The position numbers and the translations under genes are program-made. Below, one piece after another: positions 52,653-62,924 of a DNA stretch of 64,000 nt. The stretch covers positions 2,528,001-2,592,000 of the forward strand of contig OZ244065.1 in assembly GCA_965215505.1 (NCBI GenBank), written 5' to 3'. The notes below the pieces were generated by a model. It ran no database searches, had not been told where the DNA came from, and worked only from the letters and a program-made list of their open reading frames with translations. Origin of the DNA: Capsulimonadaceae bacterium (GTDB taxonomy: Bacteria; Armatimonadota; Armatimonadia; Armatimonadales; Capsulimonadaceae). Numbering within the stretch: position 1 is the stretch's first letter; the number at the start of each line of letters is the position of its first letter.

Positions 52653-53690
52653 TTACAAGCCTCCTTCCTTTTGGCCAGCGATAGTGCGGCTGAGTATAAG
52701 ACGCCGCATTTCACCCTGCGTACCGACCTCCGACTGTGCACCCTCCAGGTAGCGCAGGTTGTAGATGACGCTAAGGGCCGCGAAAGCTGCCCCGGTGTGC
52801 CGCCCTTGGTAGGCCAATCTGGCCGCGCCCAGCAGGAGGGCGCGCAGGGGCGCGCGCAGGGGGGGCGCGGCGAGCGAGAGGTCGGCGAGCCGGCGGGTCA
52901 GGACGTTCCGGGCGTGGTAGCCGTGGCGGACGGCCTCCCAGCCGGTGTCGCCCCGGCGGGCGCGGACGACGTCGAGCTGGCCGTAGGCGTAGGGGACGGC
53001 GAGCCAGGAGGCGAAGCGGCGGCGGGGGCGGTGGGTGCCGCGCGCCTGGGCCTCGTAGACGAAGCGGACGCCGCACTGGCGCTCCAGGCGGACGGCCAGC
53101 TCGACGTCTTCCTGACGCGGGAACTGCTCGTCGAAACCGCCGACGGCCAGCAGGTGTTCGCGCCGGAGCGAGGCATTGCCGGAGTAGAAGTGGTGCGGGC
53201 CGCAGCCCTCCCATTCGCCGGTGCGCCAGGCCGTGTACTGCTTCTCCAGCATGGCGTGTTCCCAGGCGATCCAGGGGGGTTCCCGCCACTGCAAGGCCGG
53301 GTCGGGGAGCATGGGGGCGATGACGACTTCCTTGTCTCCGTGGCCTTTCCCGGCGTAGTGAGCGGCGTGCCGGGCCAGGAAGTCCGGGGCGGGTTCCACG
53401 TCGTCATCCAGAAAGACGACGACCGCGCCGCACGCCTCGGCGATGCCCCGGTTGCGGGCGCGGGCCGGGCCGCCGTTGGGCTGGGTGATGGGGCGCAGCG
53501 CGAACGGGGCGGCGCGGGCGTACTCGGCCAGCAGGGCGTCCGTGCCGTCCGTGCTGCCGTCCGAGACGACCACGACTTCAAAGTCGTCCGAGGGGTGTGT
53601 CTGGCGGGCCAGGCCGTCCAGAGTGACCCGGAGGCTGTCCGCCCGGTTGAAGGTCGGTGTCACGACGCTCAGGAAGGGCGGGCGGCTCAT
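52653..53690 (-). CDS. GT2 family glycosyltransferase
   Basis: SVVTPTFNR, SDGSTDGT, FLDDD, GGFDEQF..QEDVEL. Confidence 0.95.
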   Translation of the reverse strand: MSRPPFLSVVTPTFNRADSLRVTLDGLARQTHPSDDFEVVVVSDGSTDGTDALLAEYARAAPFALRPITQPNGGPARARNRGIAEACGAVVVFLDDDVEPAPDFLARHAAHYAGKGHGDKEVVIAPMLPDPALQWREPPWIAWEHAMLEKQYTAWRTGEWEGCGPHHFYSGNASLRREHLLAVGGFDEQFPRQEDVELAVRLERQCGVRFVYEAQARGTHRPRRRFASWLAVPYAYGQLDVVRARRGDTGWEAVRHGYHARNVLTRRLADLSLAAPPLRAPLRALLLGAARLAYQGRHTGAAFAALSVIYNLRYLEGAQSEVGTQGEMRRLILSRTIAGQKEGGL

Positions 53691-54805
53691 GGAATGACCG
53701 CCAGCGACCGGAGGGCTTCCAACTCGCGCGCGAAGTTCTGCGGACCGTCGAACACTTCCTCCGCCCGCGCCCGCGCCGCCCGGCCCATCGCCCGCAGGGC
53801 GGGCCGGTCCGCCTCCAGCCGGGCCAGGGCGGCGGCCAGGGCGGCGTAATCGTCCGGCGGAACGAGCGCGCCGACAAGGGACTCCTGCCCCCGCCCGAGC
53901 ATGTCCGGCAGCGCGGTCATGTCGGTCGTGACGACCGGCAGGCCCGACGCCATCGCCTCCATCACCACCTGCGGCGTGCAGTCCCCGCGCGTCGGCAGGA
54001 CGAACAGGTCAGCGTCGGCGTAGAGCGCCCGCAAGGCGGGGTCGTTCGGCCCCAGTCCTTGGTGGACCGTCACGCGCGGCGTGGGGGGGACGGGAGCGCC
54101 CGTCACCATGTCCAGGAAGCAGTGCGCGGGCGCGTCCTCGCGCATCCAGCGCAGCAGCAGGTCGCCGCCCTTGCGGGTCAGGTCGCCGCCGACGAAGAGC
54201 AGCCGCAGCGGGCCGCCGGGTTCGGGGGCGGGCTTCTCGTCGGGCCGCCACAAGCTCAGGTCCACGCCGGGCGGGAACACCTGGATCTTCAAAGCCGGGA
54301 CGTCGTAGTCCGCCGTCAGCGAGTCCGCCACCCACTGCGTGTAGGCGAACAGGCGGGCGCTGGCCCCGAATGCCCGCCGATACCACCGGTCGCGCCGCCG
54401 CTCCAGGGTCGAGTCCGGGTCATTGAGCAGGCCGTACTGCGGGCCGAGCGCCAGAAACTGTTTGGGGGTCGCGTCCAGGCTGATCGCCGCCGGCGTCCTC
54501 TTCATGAAACCCTGGCAGAAGACCGAAACCATCTGCGTGTGCAGGAAGAGGACGTCCGGCGGGTCCTCCCGGTAGGCCCTTCGTACCTTCGCCCAGGTCT
54601 GGAGGCCTGCGCGCAGGATGATGTCGTTCCGCAGGCGGGGGATGCGGCCCAGGACGCCGGGCGAGTCGAAGGTGATCGGAATCCAGCGGGCCTCGATGTC
54701 GGGGCAGCGCGCCGCCGCCGCCTGCATGTTCTTGTACTGCGTGATGTGCCCCAGGCCGGTTTCCATCACGAACAGGATCTTCGTCTTCTTCGTCGGTTTC
54801 GTCAT
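53687..54805 (-). CDS. GT4 family glycosyltransferase
   Basis: Start MTKPTKKTKILFV (ATGA overlap); PPGVD, LFVGG..RKGG, ADLFVLPT...MEAMASGLPVV. Confidence 0.92.
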   Translation of the reverse strand: MTKPTKKTKILFVMETGLGHITQYKNMQAAAARCPDIEARWIPITFDSPGVLGRIPRLRNDIILRAGLQTWAKVRRAYREDPPDVLFLHTQMVSVFCQGFMKRTPAAISLDATPKQFLALGPQYGLLNDPDSTLERRRDRWYRRAFGASARLFAYTQWVADSLTADYDVPALKIQVFPPGVDLSLWRPDEKPAPEPGGPLRLLFVGGDLTRKGGDLLLRWMREDAPAHCFLDMVTGAPVPPTPRVTVHQGLGPNDPALRALYADADLFVLPTRGDCTPQVVMEAMASGLPVVTTDMTALPDMLGRGQESLVGALVPPDDYAALAAALARLEADRPALRAMGRAARARAEEVFDGPQNFARELEALRSLAVIP

Positions 54806-55338
54806 TTGTTGAGTGTCCGTATCAGCCGGGCGGGGACGCCGCCGACCAGCGTGTTCGGCGCGACGTCCTTGGTCACGACCGCCCCCGCCGCCACCACCGC
54901 GCCGCGCCCGATGGTGACGCCCTTCAGGACCGTGACGCGGGCGGCGAGCCAGACGTCGTCCTCGATCACGACGGGGCGCGCTTCGGGCGCGACCGTGTGG
55001 TCGTGCGTGGAGTGAAAGTCCGTGTCCATGATCAGGGTCATGTTGCCGATGGCGCAGCGCGCCCCGATCTTCACCGAACACTGGGCGGCGATGGACGTCC
55101 CGGCGTTGATGTAGGTGCGCTCGCCGATCTCCAGGGTGCCGCCCGGCAGGGCGGCCAGCTCGATGGGCGTCGGCACCCCGCGCAGGCGCACGCGCTCCCC
55201 CAGGCGGATCGTGCCCCCGTTGTCCACGAACAGGCCGCCCTGGACGCGCACCCAGCGGCCGACCGAGGTGCAGCGGCGCGTCTTCCAGCGGCTGGTCAGA
55301 ATCAGGATGGAGAACCTCGCGGCCTCAAGCACTTTCAT
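54802..55338 (-). CDS. Left-handed beta-helix O-acetyltransferase
   Basis: Hexapeptide repeats; DTDFH...PVVIEDDVW...VTKDV...GGVPAR. Confidence 0.93.
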   Translation of the reverse strand: MKVLEAARFSILILTSRWKTRRCTSVGRWVRVQGGLFVDNGGTIRLGERVRLRGVPTPIELAALPGGTLEIGERTYINAGTSIAAQCSVKIGARCAIGNMTLIMDTDFHSTHDHTVAPEARPVVIEDDVWLAARVTVLKGVTIGRGAVVAAGAVVTKDVAPNTLVGGVPARLIRTLNK

Positions 55339-56333
55339 CGAGCGCGCCCCCGTCCCGGCGGCACGGGCGGCAAGGGCGGCTCAGGCGCGGACACGTCAGG
55401 GGCGGCATGGTACAGACGGGTCCGCCGGTCCACTCCCAGGCGCAGACTGGACGCCAGCCCCCGGCACAGGCCGCGCATCAAGGCGGCGTCATTGTTGGGG
55501 CGGCGCAGGAGCGCCTTGGCCCCCGCACGGGCGGACAGCGAAACCAGGCGGCCGGCGAGCTGCCGCGCGGCCCAGCCGTCGCCGCAGCGCGCGTGCTTGG
55601 CGAAAAAGGCGGCGTCCCCCGCGCCATAGCCGTGGAGGACGGATCGCCAGTGGTCCGGCGTCCGCCAGGCCCGGTGGTACAGCCGCAGGGCGGGGCGCAG
55701 CGCGGCCCGCGCGCCCGCGCGCCGGAGCCGGTAGACGAAGTCCCCTTCCTCGCCGGCGGGGAACGGGGCACCGGGGCCGAGGGCCGGGTCGAATCGGGGG
55801 CCGTCGGGCAGGCGGGCGAGCGCCGCGCGGCGCAGGGCCATGTTCGCGCCCATCCCGCACACCTCGCCGGGGCGCAGGTCACGCGCCTCGGGGAACGACC
55901 AGGCGGGGACGCAGACACTCTGGACTTCGGGGATGGCCGGGGACGGCAGGACGGGGCCGAACAGGATGTCCACTCCGGGGGCAGCCTGGAACTCGGCGGC
56001 GATGCGTTCCAGCCAGTCCGGCGGGGCCTCGCAGTCGTCGTCCGTGAAGGCCAGGATGTCGCCCCGCGCGTGGACGATCCCGATGTCGAGGGCGCGGGAC
56101 TTGCCTACCGTCGCCGTCGGCAGATAACGGAGGGACGGGTGGGCGGCCGCCAGGCGCTCGGCGACGGCGCGCGTGTCCGGGCCGTCGCTCTGATCCACCA
56201 GGACGACTTCCCAGTCGTCGCGCAGGCAGGCGAGGATCGTGGGCAGGCAGACATCGACGTCCTGCGGGCGGTTACGGGTGCAGATGACGACCGAGAGTTT
56301 GACGGTTGAGGGTTTGACGACCGAGAGTTTCAC
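55335..56333 (-). CDS. GT2 family glycosyltransferase
   Basis: GTG start overlapping the upstream stop; SVVICTRNR, AFTDDDC, GANMALRR, GEEGDF. Confidence 0.92.
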   Translation of the reverse strand: MKLSVVKPSTVKLSVVICTRNRPQDVDVCLPTILACLRDDWEVVLVDQSDGPDTRAVAERLAAAHPSLRYLPTATVGKSRALDIGIVHARGDILAFTDDDCEAPPDWLERIAAEFQAAPGVDILFGPVLPSPAIPEVQSVCVPAWSFPEARDLRPGEVCGMGANMALRRAALARLPDGPRFDPALGPGAPFPAGEEGDFVYRLRRAGARAALRPALRLYHRAWRTPDHWRSVLHGYGAGDAAFFAKHARCGDGWAARQLAGRLVSLSARAGAKALLRRPNNDAALMRGLCRGLASSLRLGVDRRTRLYHAAPDVSAPEPPLPPVPPGRGRAR

Positions 56334-59002
56334 GAGGCCCCCATCCGCCCCTTCACGATCTGGCGCACCATCCGGACGTCCGAGGGGTGGAGGCAGCGCA
56401 GCAGCCAGCACAGGGGGGCATACAGGAGCAGGCCGGGGACCAGGATCAGCAGGCCGTTCCGGTCGTGGACGAAGTAGAACAGGCCCACGAGCGGCAGGGC
56501 GGCGGCGGCGGCCCGCGCCAGCGTGCCGAGAGTGCCGCCGCCCACGAGGCCGGGGGGCAGGGCGCGCACATAGGCCGTGACCATGTACGCCTCGATCAGC
56601 ACGTCGCCGAGGATCGCGCCGATGGCCCCGTTGTGCAGGGCGCGCTGCGTCAGGAAGATCAGGGTCCCGGTGATGGGGATGCAGATCAGCGCGGAGACGG
56701 CGGTGATGCGGCTCAAGGCCGCTTGGCGGTCACTGGCGATCAGGGCGGTCGCGGCCGCCTGGGACACGAACCACAGGATGATCGCCGCGCCGAGGATCAT
56801 CAGGACGGGCGCGGCGGGGGCGAAGCCCGCCTCGCGGCCCGTGACCAGGGCGATGATCCGTCCGGGGACCATGACGAGGACGGCGGCGAAGGGGACGGCG
56901 CAGATGAGGATGAAGTTGAACATGCGCTGGACCGCCCCTTCAAACGCGCTCCGGTCCTCATGGTAGATGCGGGACAGGGCGGGCAGCATCGCGCCGGTCA
57001 GGGCGACTGGGATGAAGAGCGCGGCCCCGCCGAGCCGCTTCGCCAGCCCGTACCAGCCGATGGCCTCCAGGCTGCTCATCTTGGACAGCAGCAGGGCGTC
57101 ACAGTTGCCGTACACGGAGATGAAGACGGCCGTCGCCAGAAACGGCATCCCCTGCCGGGCCAGGGCGCGCAGCGTGGCCCAGGACGGGAGGGCGACGGCC
57201 TTCCGATACGGCTGGAAGGCGGAGAGGTTGATGAGCAGGGCGACGGCGGCGCTGACTCCGCCCGCGCCGGCGATGGCCCACAGGGGCGCATGGAGGCGGA
57301 TGAACAGGACGGTGAGGGCGGTCATGACGGCCTTGTCGGCGAGGGCGGCGGCGTTCTGGCGCGGGATCTCTTGGAGTCCGCGCAGGGCCGCACTCAGGGC
57401 CTCGTTGAGCAGCCCGACGAGCAGGGCGGTCAGCGCGACGAGGACGAGGAGGCGCATGGGCGGCGAGTAGCCGAGCGCATAGGCGACAGCCCAGCCGAGT
57501 CCGATGGAGAGCAGGCCGAGCGGCAGGCGCATGGCGAGCGCGGCCAGCGTCAGTTCCGCCGTCCGCGAGGTGTCCCGCGCGATGTCCCGCGTCAGCACGG
57601 TCGAGGTGCCGAGAAGGATGCCGACCGCGAAGACGCCGGCGAACGAGGCGGCCAGCGTCAGCGCGCCCAGGCCGGACGCGCCGATGTAGCGCGTTAGGTA
57701 GACCGTCAGCACGAAGGTCATGCCCCACGACAGGAGCTGCGAGGCAAGGGTCGCCGCGACGTTGCGGGCGACCAGCCCGGAGCGACTCAGCGGGGCCGCC
57801 GGGGGTGCCCCAGGCGGCCCTCCCGCCGGCGGGTCCGGCGTCCGGCGGACGTGGGACAGGCGCTTCCTCAGACGCGCGGCGGGCTTTTCGACGGCGTAAA
57901 GAATCAGCGTCGAGAGACTGAGGCACAAGGCGAGCGCGGCGACGCCGACGGCGACGGGCGGCCAGTGGGTCCAGTGTTCCACGCCGAACAGGACGGTGTT
58001 GTGGAGCAGGTACAGCGAGTACGACAGCAGCCCCACGAACCGGACCGGAGCGAGGTTCAGCCAGCGGAAGACGCCCCACTGGGGGCAGCGGATGGCGAGG
58101 ACGAAGACGGGGAACAGCGCCAGCCCTTGCAGGGTGTAGCTGACTGTGTGTTGGAACCAGAACGAGCGGACCGCGTAACTGAGCAGCATCGCCGCCGCGC
58201 CTAGCGGCAGCCAGAGCGTTTTCAGCCGTCGCTCGGAGACGGGGCCGCCGTCGAGGGCCGGGTTGCCGTGGACGGCGAGGAGGCAGCCGAACAGGATCGA
58301 GTCCACGCGCGTGTCGGTGCCGACGTACAGGCGCTCGTGGCCGGCGTGGAGGCCGAAGACGAGGACAAAGCGCCAGGCGAGGACCGCCGCGCACAGGCCC
58401 GCCAGGACCTGCATCTGCCGCCGCCCCGACAGCCCGCGCCGCCGCATCAGGAGGTAGACGAGCGGGAAGACGAGGTAGAAATGCTCCTCGACGGCCAGTG
58501 ACCAGAAGACCCATGTTCTGGGCGCGAAGCCCTCCCACCAGCCGTGCCGTGCGATATAAAAGTTCGTCAGGTGGGACACCTGGAACGGAATCGCAGCCGT
58601 CCAGTTCGGGCAGTCCCGCAGACCGCCCGCCGACAGCAGGTAGGCCGCGCCCAGCACGAGGTAGAACGGCGGGAAGATCCGCAGGACGCGGCGCAGGTAG
58701 AAGTCGCGGAAGTTGATCCGGCCCGTCTGGTCGAACTCCATCCGCAGCAGAGTCGTGATCAGGTAGCCGCTCAGGAAGAAGAAGACGACCAGGCCCAGGT
58801 CGCCGGGGACCCAGCGCTTGGTGCTGGCATGGGCCAGGAACACGAGGAGGAACGAGACGGCGCGCAGCCCGTCCAGCGAGGGGATGGCGAACGGCTTCCG
58901 GCCCAGCGCCGGCATGGGCACGGCCGGCGCGGGTGCGGGCGGCGCGGGTGCGGGCGGCGCGGGTATGGCCGGCGCGGGCGGGGGGGTGACCGGCTGGATC
59001 AT
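56330..59002 (-). CDS. Acyltransferase_3 (AT3) fused to Wzx/MATE-like polysaccharide flippase
   Basis: Start MIQPVT (ATGA overlap); LDGLRAV, FFFLSGYLIT, RRVLRIFP, WSLAVEEHFY, SYSLYLLH; Pro/Gly linker; then ARNVAATL...DALLLSKM...IGWYGLAKRL flippase region. Confidence 0.85.
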   Translation of the reverse strand: MIQPVTPPPAPAIPAPPAPAPPAPAPAVPMPALGRKPFAIPSLDGLRAVSFLLVFLAHASTKRWVPGDLGLVVFFFLSGYLITTLLRMEFDQTGRINFRDFYLRRVLRIFPPFYLVLGAAYLLSAGGLRDCPNWTAAIPFQVSHLTNFYIARHGWWEGFAPRTWVFWSLAVEEHFYLVFPLVYLLMRRRGLSGRRQMQVLAGLCAAVLAWRFVLVFGLHAGHERLYVGTDTRVDSILFGCLLAVHGNPALDGGPVSERRLKTLWLPLGAAAMLLSYAVRSFWFQHTVSYTLQGLALFPVFVLAIRCPQWGVFRWLNLAPVRFVGLLSYSLYLLHNTVLFGVEHWTHWPPVAVGVAALALCLSLSTLILYAVEKPAARLRKRLSHVRRTPDPPAGGPPGAPPAAPLSRSGLVARNVAATLASQLLSWGMTFVLTVYLTRYIGASGLGALTLAASFAGVFAVGILLGTSTVLTRDIARDTSRTAELTLAALAMRLPLGLLSIGLGWAVAYALGYSPPMRLLVLVALTALLVGLLNEALSAALRGLQEIPRQNAAALADKAVMTALTVLFIRLHAPLWAIAGAGGVSAAVALLINLSAFQPYRKAVALPSWATLRALARQGMPFLATAVFISVYGNCDALLLSKMSSLEAIGWYGLAKRLGGAALFIPVALTGAMLPALSRIYHEDRSAFEGAVQRMFNFILICAVPFAAVLVMVPGRIIALVTGREAGFAPAAPVLMILGAAIILWFVSQAAATALIASDRQAALSRITAVSALICIPITGTLIFLTQRALHNGAIGAILGDVLIEAYMVTAYVRALPPGLVGGGTLGTLARAAAAALPLVGLFYFVHDRNGLLILVPGLLLYAPLCWLLRCLHPSDVRMVRQIVKGRMGAS

Positions 59003-60606
59003 TTGACCGCCCCCTGTGCGTCCTGCCGGGAGTCCTTGAGCAGGGGGGCGGCGGCCAGGGCGCCCGCCCAGATGCCGGCGAAGAGGACATCGCGGAAGTT
59101 GGACAACTGCACGTCCAGCAGGCCGAAGATGACCAGCATGGCGGTCGTGAGCAGGGCAAAGATGCAGACGGACTTGAGTACCGCGTCCGCGCCCGGCGCG
59201 CGGAGGGTTTGGCCCGCGAAGATCAGGATGGACGAGATCATCATCCAGAAGGCCAAGAATCCGAAGCTGCCGACGCGCTCCCAGATCCACAGGATCTGGT
59301 TGTGCGGGATGAACGGCTCCAGCTCGTAGACCTTGGTGATCTCGGGCAGCGGGATGATCTGGAAATAGGGCCGCCCGTAGCCGTAGCCCTGGAGCGGCGC
59401 GGACTTGATCGTCGCCATCAGGTCGATGTTCTCCTCGTCGCGCGAGGTGTTCGAGGAGGCGTCGCGCGCGTCCGGCTCGAAGTTAGACTTGACCGCCCGC
59501 GCCGGCTGGGCGAAGGTGCTGTTACTGTTCTTGAAAAGCGGGTAGTAGATCGAGAACGCGACGGCCACCGTCACCCCGAGTACGGCGACGAGGCGGCGGC
59601 GCTCGGGCAGCGCCTGATAGGCGGCCAGGAACAGCAGGGGGACTACGAAGATCAGCGCCGCCGTCGCCGCTCGGCGATTCAGGGCGAGGTTGCCCAGCAC
59701 GACGAACGGCAGGAGGCTCCACATCACCCAGCGCAGGCGCGGCAGGGCGCGGCACAAGCTCAACGCGACCAGGAGCAGCAGGAAGGCGTCCATGAAGAAC
59801 GCTTCTTCGTGCGCCCCCACCCCTTGATCCGGGAGGGGCAGCCCGTGTATGGTCACATAGCGGCGGAACGTCAGCAGCACCGCCTTGAAGCCGACGCAGA
59901 CGACGGTGACCCAGAGGAGCGTCAGGAGGTCACGCCGCTCGCGCACGATGTTGACGGCCATGAGGTAGGCCAGGCCGAAGTAGAACTGCGGGCGGACCTC
60001 CTGGAGCGAGATTTTGAAGTCCCCGCCGGTCAGCATGCCGTTGACCCAGCCCATCATGACGAACGCCATGTACATGCAGACGGGCAGCAGCAGCGGGCCG
60101 CCGCGCAGGTTGGTGTTCTGGCTATAGACCGCGCGCAGGCAGGAGCAAACGCCGGCAATGAGGATGAAGATCTCGAACAGGTTCAGCGGCACCCCTTTGA
60201 AGTTGACGTGGGCATAGGACTGGAAGATGGTGTTGACGTTCCAGAAGAGGGGGACGCGGTCGGTCAGGGCGTCGGCGAACTGCTGCCCGTCCGCCCCGAC
60301 GACCGGCCCCAGCTCGAAAAGGCACGCGGCGACTAGCGTTTCATACAGCACCAGGCGTGGGAAGCGCCAGAGGAGGACCGGCGTCATGACGACGACGAGC
60401 AGGGCGATGGGCAGGAAGATGTTGTCCAGGCCGAAGGCGACGAAGGCGGCGGCGACCAGACCCGCCAGCAGGCCGCCGCCAAGCAGGAACCAGCGCGTGC
60501 GGGCGCGCGCGCCCGCCGCGTAGTCCTCGGCGGTGGGCATGGCGCTGTAGGGGATCTCGTCCTCCGCCTCTTCGGGGGCGGCAGGTTTTTCCTGTAAAGT
60601 ACTCAT
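58999..60606 (-). CDS. O-antigen ligase/Wzy-like polysaccharide polymerase
   Basis: Polytopic membrane protein; RRAA, PLQGYGYG, PHNQILWIWERVG (Wzy_C-like). Confidence 0.82.
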   Translation of the reverse strand: MSTLQEKPAAPEEAEDEIPYSAMPTAEDYAAGARARTRWFLLGGGLLAGLVAAAFVAFGLDNIFLPIALLVVVMTPVLLWRFPRLVLYETLVAACLFELGPVVGADGQQFADALTDRVPLFWNVNTIFQSYAHVNFKGVPLNLFEIFILIAGVCSCLRAVYSQNTNLRGGPLLLPVCMYMAFVMMGWVNGMLTGGDFKISLQEVRPQFYFGLAYLMAVNIVRERRDLLTLLWVTVVCVGFKAVLLTFRRYVTIHGLPLPDQGVGAHEEAFFMDAFLLLLVALSLCRALPRLRWVMWSLLPFVVLGNLALNRRAATAALIFVVPLLFLAAYQALPERRRLVAVLGVTVAVAFSIYYPLFKNSNSTFAQPARAVKSNFEPDARDASSNTSRDEENIDLMATIKSAPLQGYGYGRPYFQIIPLPEITKVYELEPFIPHNQILWIWERVGSFGFLAFWMMISSILIFAGQTLRAPGADAVLKSVCIFALLTTAMLVIFGLLDVQLSNFRDVLFAGIWAGALAAAPLLKDSRQDAQGAVK

Positions 60607-62879
60607 AGTGAAGACGCGCCCCCGAATGCGGCACGGAGTCCGGCACCGGGCGCGGCAGGCTCCAGCGGGACGCGCAGCAGGGTCATGGACTGCGGCGGCA
60701 GGGTCAGCACGGAAGGCAGGAGAGCCGACGGGTAGGCGGCGATCCCTTTGGGATTATCGGCGTCGCAGCGCCACATCTTCACGGTCCCGGCGGGCGAAAC
60801 GCCCTTAATAGTGAGGGGGGCCGTGATTGTGGCCTTAGACATCTTGTTGATGAGCATCAGCGTCAGCTCGCCCGTGCGGCTGTCGGTCGCGGCGTAAACG
60901 CCCAGCCGGCCTTGGTCGGCGCTCGACGCCGCGCAGGAGACGTCCCCGAAGCCGTTCCCGCGCCCGTCCGGACTGCGGTAGAGTTTGAAGGCGAGGTAGC
61001 CCGGCGAATCCTTGTTCGGGTAGGCCCAGTAATCGGCCAGGTAGACATCTTCACGCCCAAAGATGCCCAGCACGTCGGCGATGGCAAGCCCACCGTTGAT
61101 CTGAGGATCCGCGCCGAAGTTCCACTCGGTGATGCCCAGACGGGTGCCTGGGTAGCCCGAGGCGATCCACTCCTTCAGGCGTGGGATCAGGCGCACCGGC
61201 ACTCCCACCCACGACTCGTCGCTATAGGTGGGGTCCCACAGGCTGCGCGTGGCCCGCAGGCGCAGGGCCTGGGTCGCCTTGTCGGTCTGCCCGGAAAACA
61301 CCCCGGCGGCCTGGGGATAGAAATGCACGTCCAGCACGTCCAGACTCCGCGCGCCCGTCCGGGCATCGTGGGCGCGGACCTGGCCCAGAAACCAGGGCAG
61401 GAACGGCGTGCCGCCGTGCCGGGCCTGGTCCGCGCTGGTCTTGAAGTTGTCGTCGCCTCGGTCCAGGGCGGAATGATTGTACCCGGTCCAGCCCCACGAG
61501 ACGGGGCCGGTGACCAGGGCCGTCGGGTCCACGGCCTTGACGGCGGTGGCGTAGTCCAGGAAGCTGCGGAGGACATCGTCGTAGCCCATGCGGGCCGGGT
61601 GGACGTCGGTGTGGGTCGAGTCCCACAAATCAGGCTCGTTGTCCATTGCGAAGAACTGCACCCCGCCATGCGCGCCGTCGCCGAAGGTCTTTTTCAGATG
61701 GTAGACCCACTCGTCCTGGTAGACGACGCCGCCCGTAAGACTCGGGCGGTCCGTGAACGGCGCCCCCTTGCGGGCGACCGACCGGACGCTGGTCCGGCTG
61801 CGGTTGGCGGCGGGGTTATAGCCCGCGATTGCGCCTTCCGCACCGGCCAGCCCCGGCCCGCCGCCGTCGGGGACGTTGGTCGAGGCGTTCCCGTTGTCCG
61901 CATCGCGCGCTACCCAGCCGATGGTCGGCACGGTCAGAAGCGTCGCCGCCCCGTGCGCGCGGTCGGCCCGGACGAGGGCGTCGGCGGCGGACGACGAGGC
62001 GGGCGGGAGGACAGCGTTGGACGCCGTCCGGTTCCGGTAACCCCAGTCGTGCGCGGCGTTCTCGGCGTTGCCCAGCACCCAGTCGTAGCGGCTCTTGTCG
62101 TTGCCCCCCCAGCGGTTCAGCGGCAGGCGCAGGTCGGAGACGTAGTCCTCGGGGGCCATCGCCATGCCGTAGATGAGGGGCGAAATCGCGTGACGGCCCG
62201 CCCGCGCGTTGACCGTGACGGCGACTGTCGCGGCCGTCGGCGCGGCGGGCAAGGACGGGTCCGGCATCAGCGAGAGGTCGTCCACCAGGAGCGGCGTCCG
62301 CGCGGCGATCTCGGGCTGGAAGACGACTCCGCTGACGGCCTGACCGCCGTGTGGCACGTCCAGGGCGGCGAGAGGGATGCGGACGAGGTGCCAGCCGATC
62401 CGGCCCGCCGGGTCGGGATGCAGATAGCGCGTCAGGACGGCATACGGCAGGAACTTGCCCGCGCCGTCCACCAGGCACACGCGCGTGGCCGTATCGCCGG
62501 AGACGAAGGCCTGGAAAGACCCGTAGCCGCCCGTGTCGAAGGCGTCATGGTGGAGGTAGATGCCCCGGTTGCCGGCGGGCGAGAGGAAGATCGCCGCCTT
62601 ACCCGCGTGGCCGGGGTGCTTGAGGTCGTGCGTCCCCCAGGACCAGTCCTGCCAGCCGTCGCCCGCCGTACCGCCGTAAAGGAGCATCGGGGCGTCTGCC
62701 CGCTCGGCGGGCAGCGAGGCGGCCCGCGCCTGAGCGCCCTGAGCGGCGTGATAGAGGTTCCTGGCGAGCGTGTTCCACCGCCCATGTCCGCTTTTCACGC
62801 GGCGGGCGGCATCCGCCCCCGCCAGCAGGACGGCGGCCAGGGTGGCAACGAGGATGAGGGGCTTGACGGGCAGTTTCAC
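60603..62879 (-). CDS. GH44 family endoglycanase with N-terminal CBM-like domain
   Basis: ISPLIYG, RWGGN..SRYDW, MDNEPDLW (acid/base), LDVHFYPQ, GITEWNFG (nucleophile); N-terminal signal/anchor. Confidence 0.9.
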   Translation of the reverse strand: MKLPVKPLILVATLAAVLLAGADAARRVKSGHGRWNTLARNLYHAAQGAQARAASLPAERADAPMLLYGGTAGDGWQDWSWGTHDLKHPGHAGKAAIFLSPAGNRGIYLHHDAFDTGGYGSFQAFVSGDTATRVCLVDGAGKFLPYAVLTRYLHPDPAGRIGWHLVRIPLAALDVPHGGQAVSGVVFQPEIAARTPLLVDDLSLMPDPSLPAAPTAATVAVTVNARAGRHAISPLIYGMAMAPEDYVSDLRLPLNRWGGNDKSRYDWVLGNAENAAHDWGYRNRTASNAVLPPASSSAADALVRADRAHGAATLLTVPTIGWVARDADNGNASTNVPDGGGPGLAGAEGAIAGYNPAANRSRTSVRSVARKGAPFTDRPSLTGGVVYQDEWVYHLKKTFGDGAHGGVQFFAMDNEPDLWDSTHTDVHPARMGYDDVLRSFLDYATAVKAVDPTALVTGPVSWGWTGYNHSALDRGDDNFKTSADQARHGGTPFLPWFLGQVRAHDARTGARSLDVLDVHFYPQAAGVFSGQTDKATQALRLRATRSLWDPTYSDESWVGVPVRLIPRLKEWIASGYPGTRLGITEWNFGADPQINGGLAIADVLGIFGREDVYLADYWAYPNKDSPGYLAFKLYRSPDGRGNGFGDVSCAASSADQGRLGVYAATDSRTGELTLMLINKMSKATITAPLTIKGVSPAGTVKMWRCDADNPKGIAAYPSALLPSVLTLPPQSMTLLRVPLEPAAPGAGLRAAFGGASSL

Positions 62880-62924
62880 AGGGAGTGACCTTCCGCGCCG
62901 GGCGACAAGTGGCGCGACACGGTA

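Noticed and set aside
58921-58985. 15-bp tandem repeats (also 63010-63060)
   Set aside because: They encode Pro-Ala or Gly-Pro linkers within genes; not independent elements.
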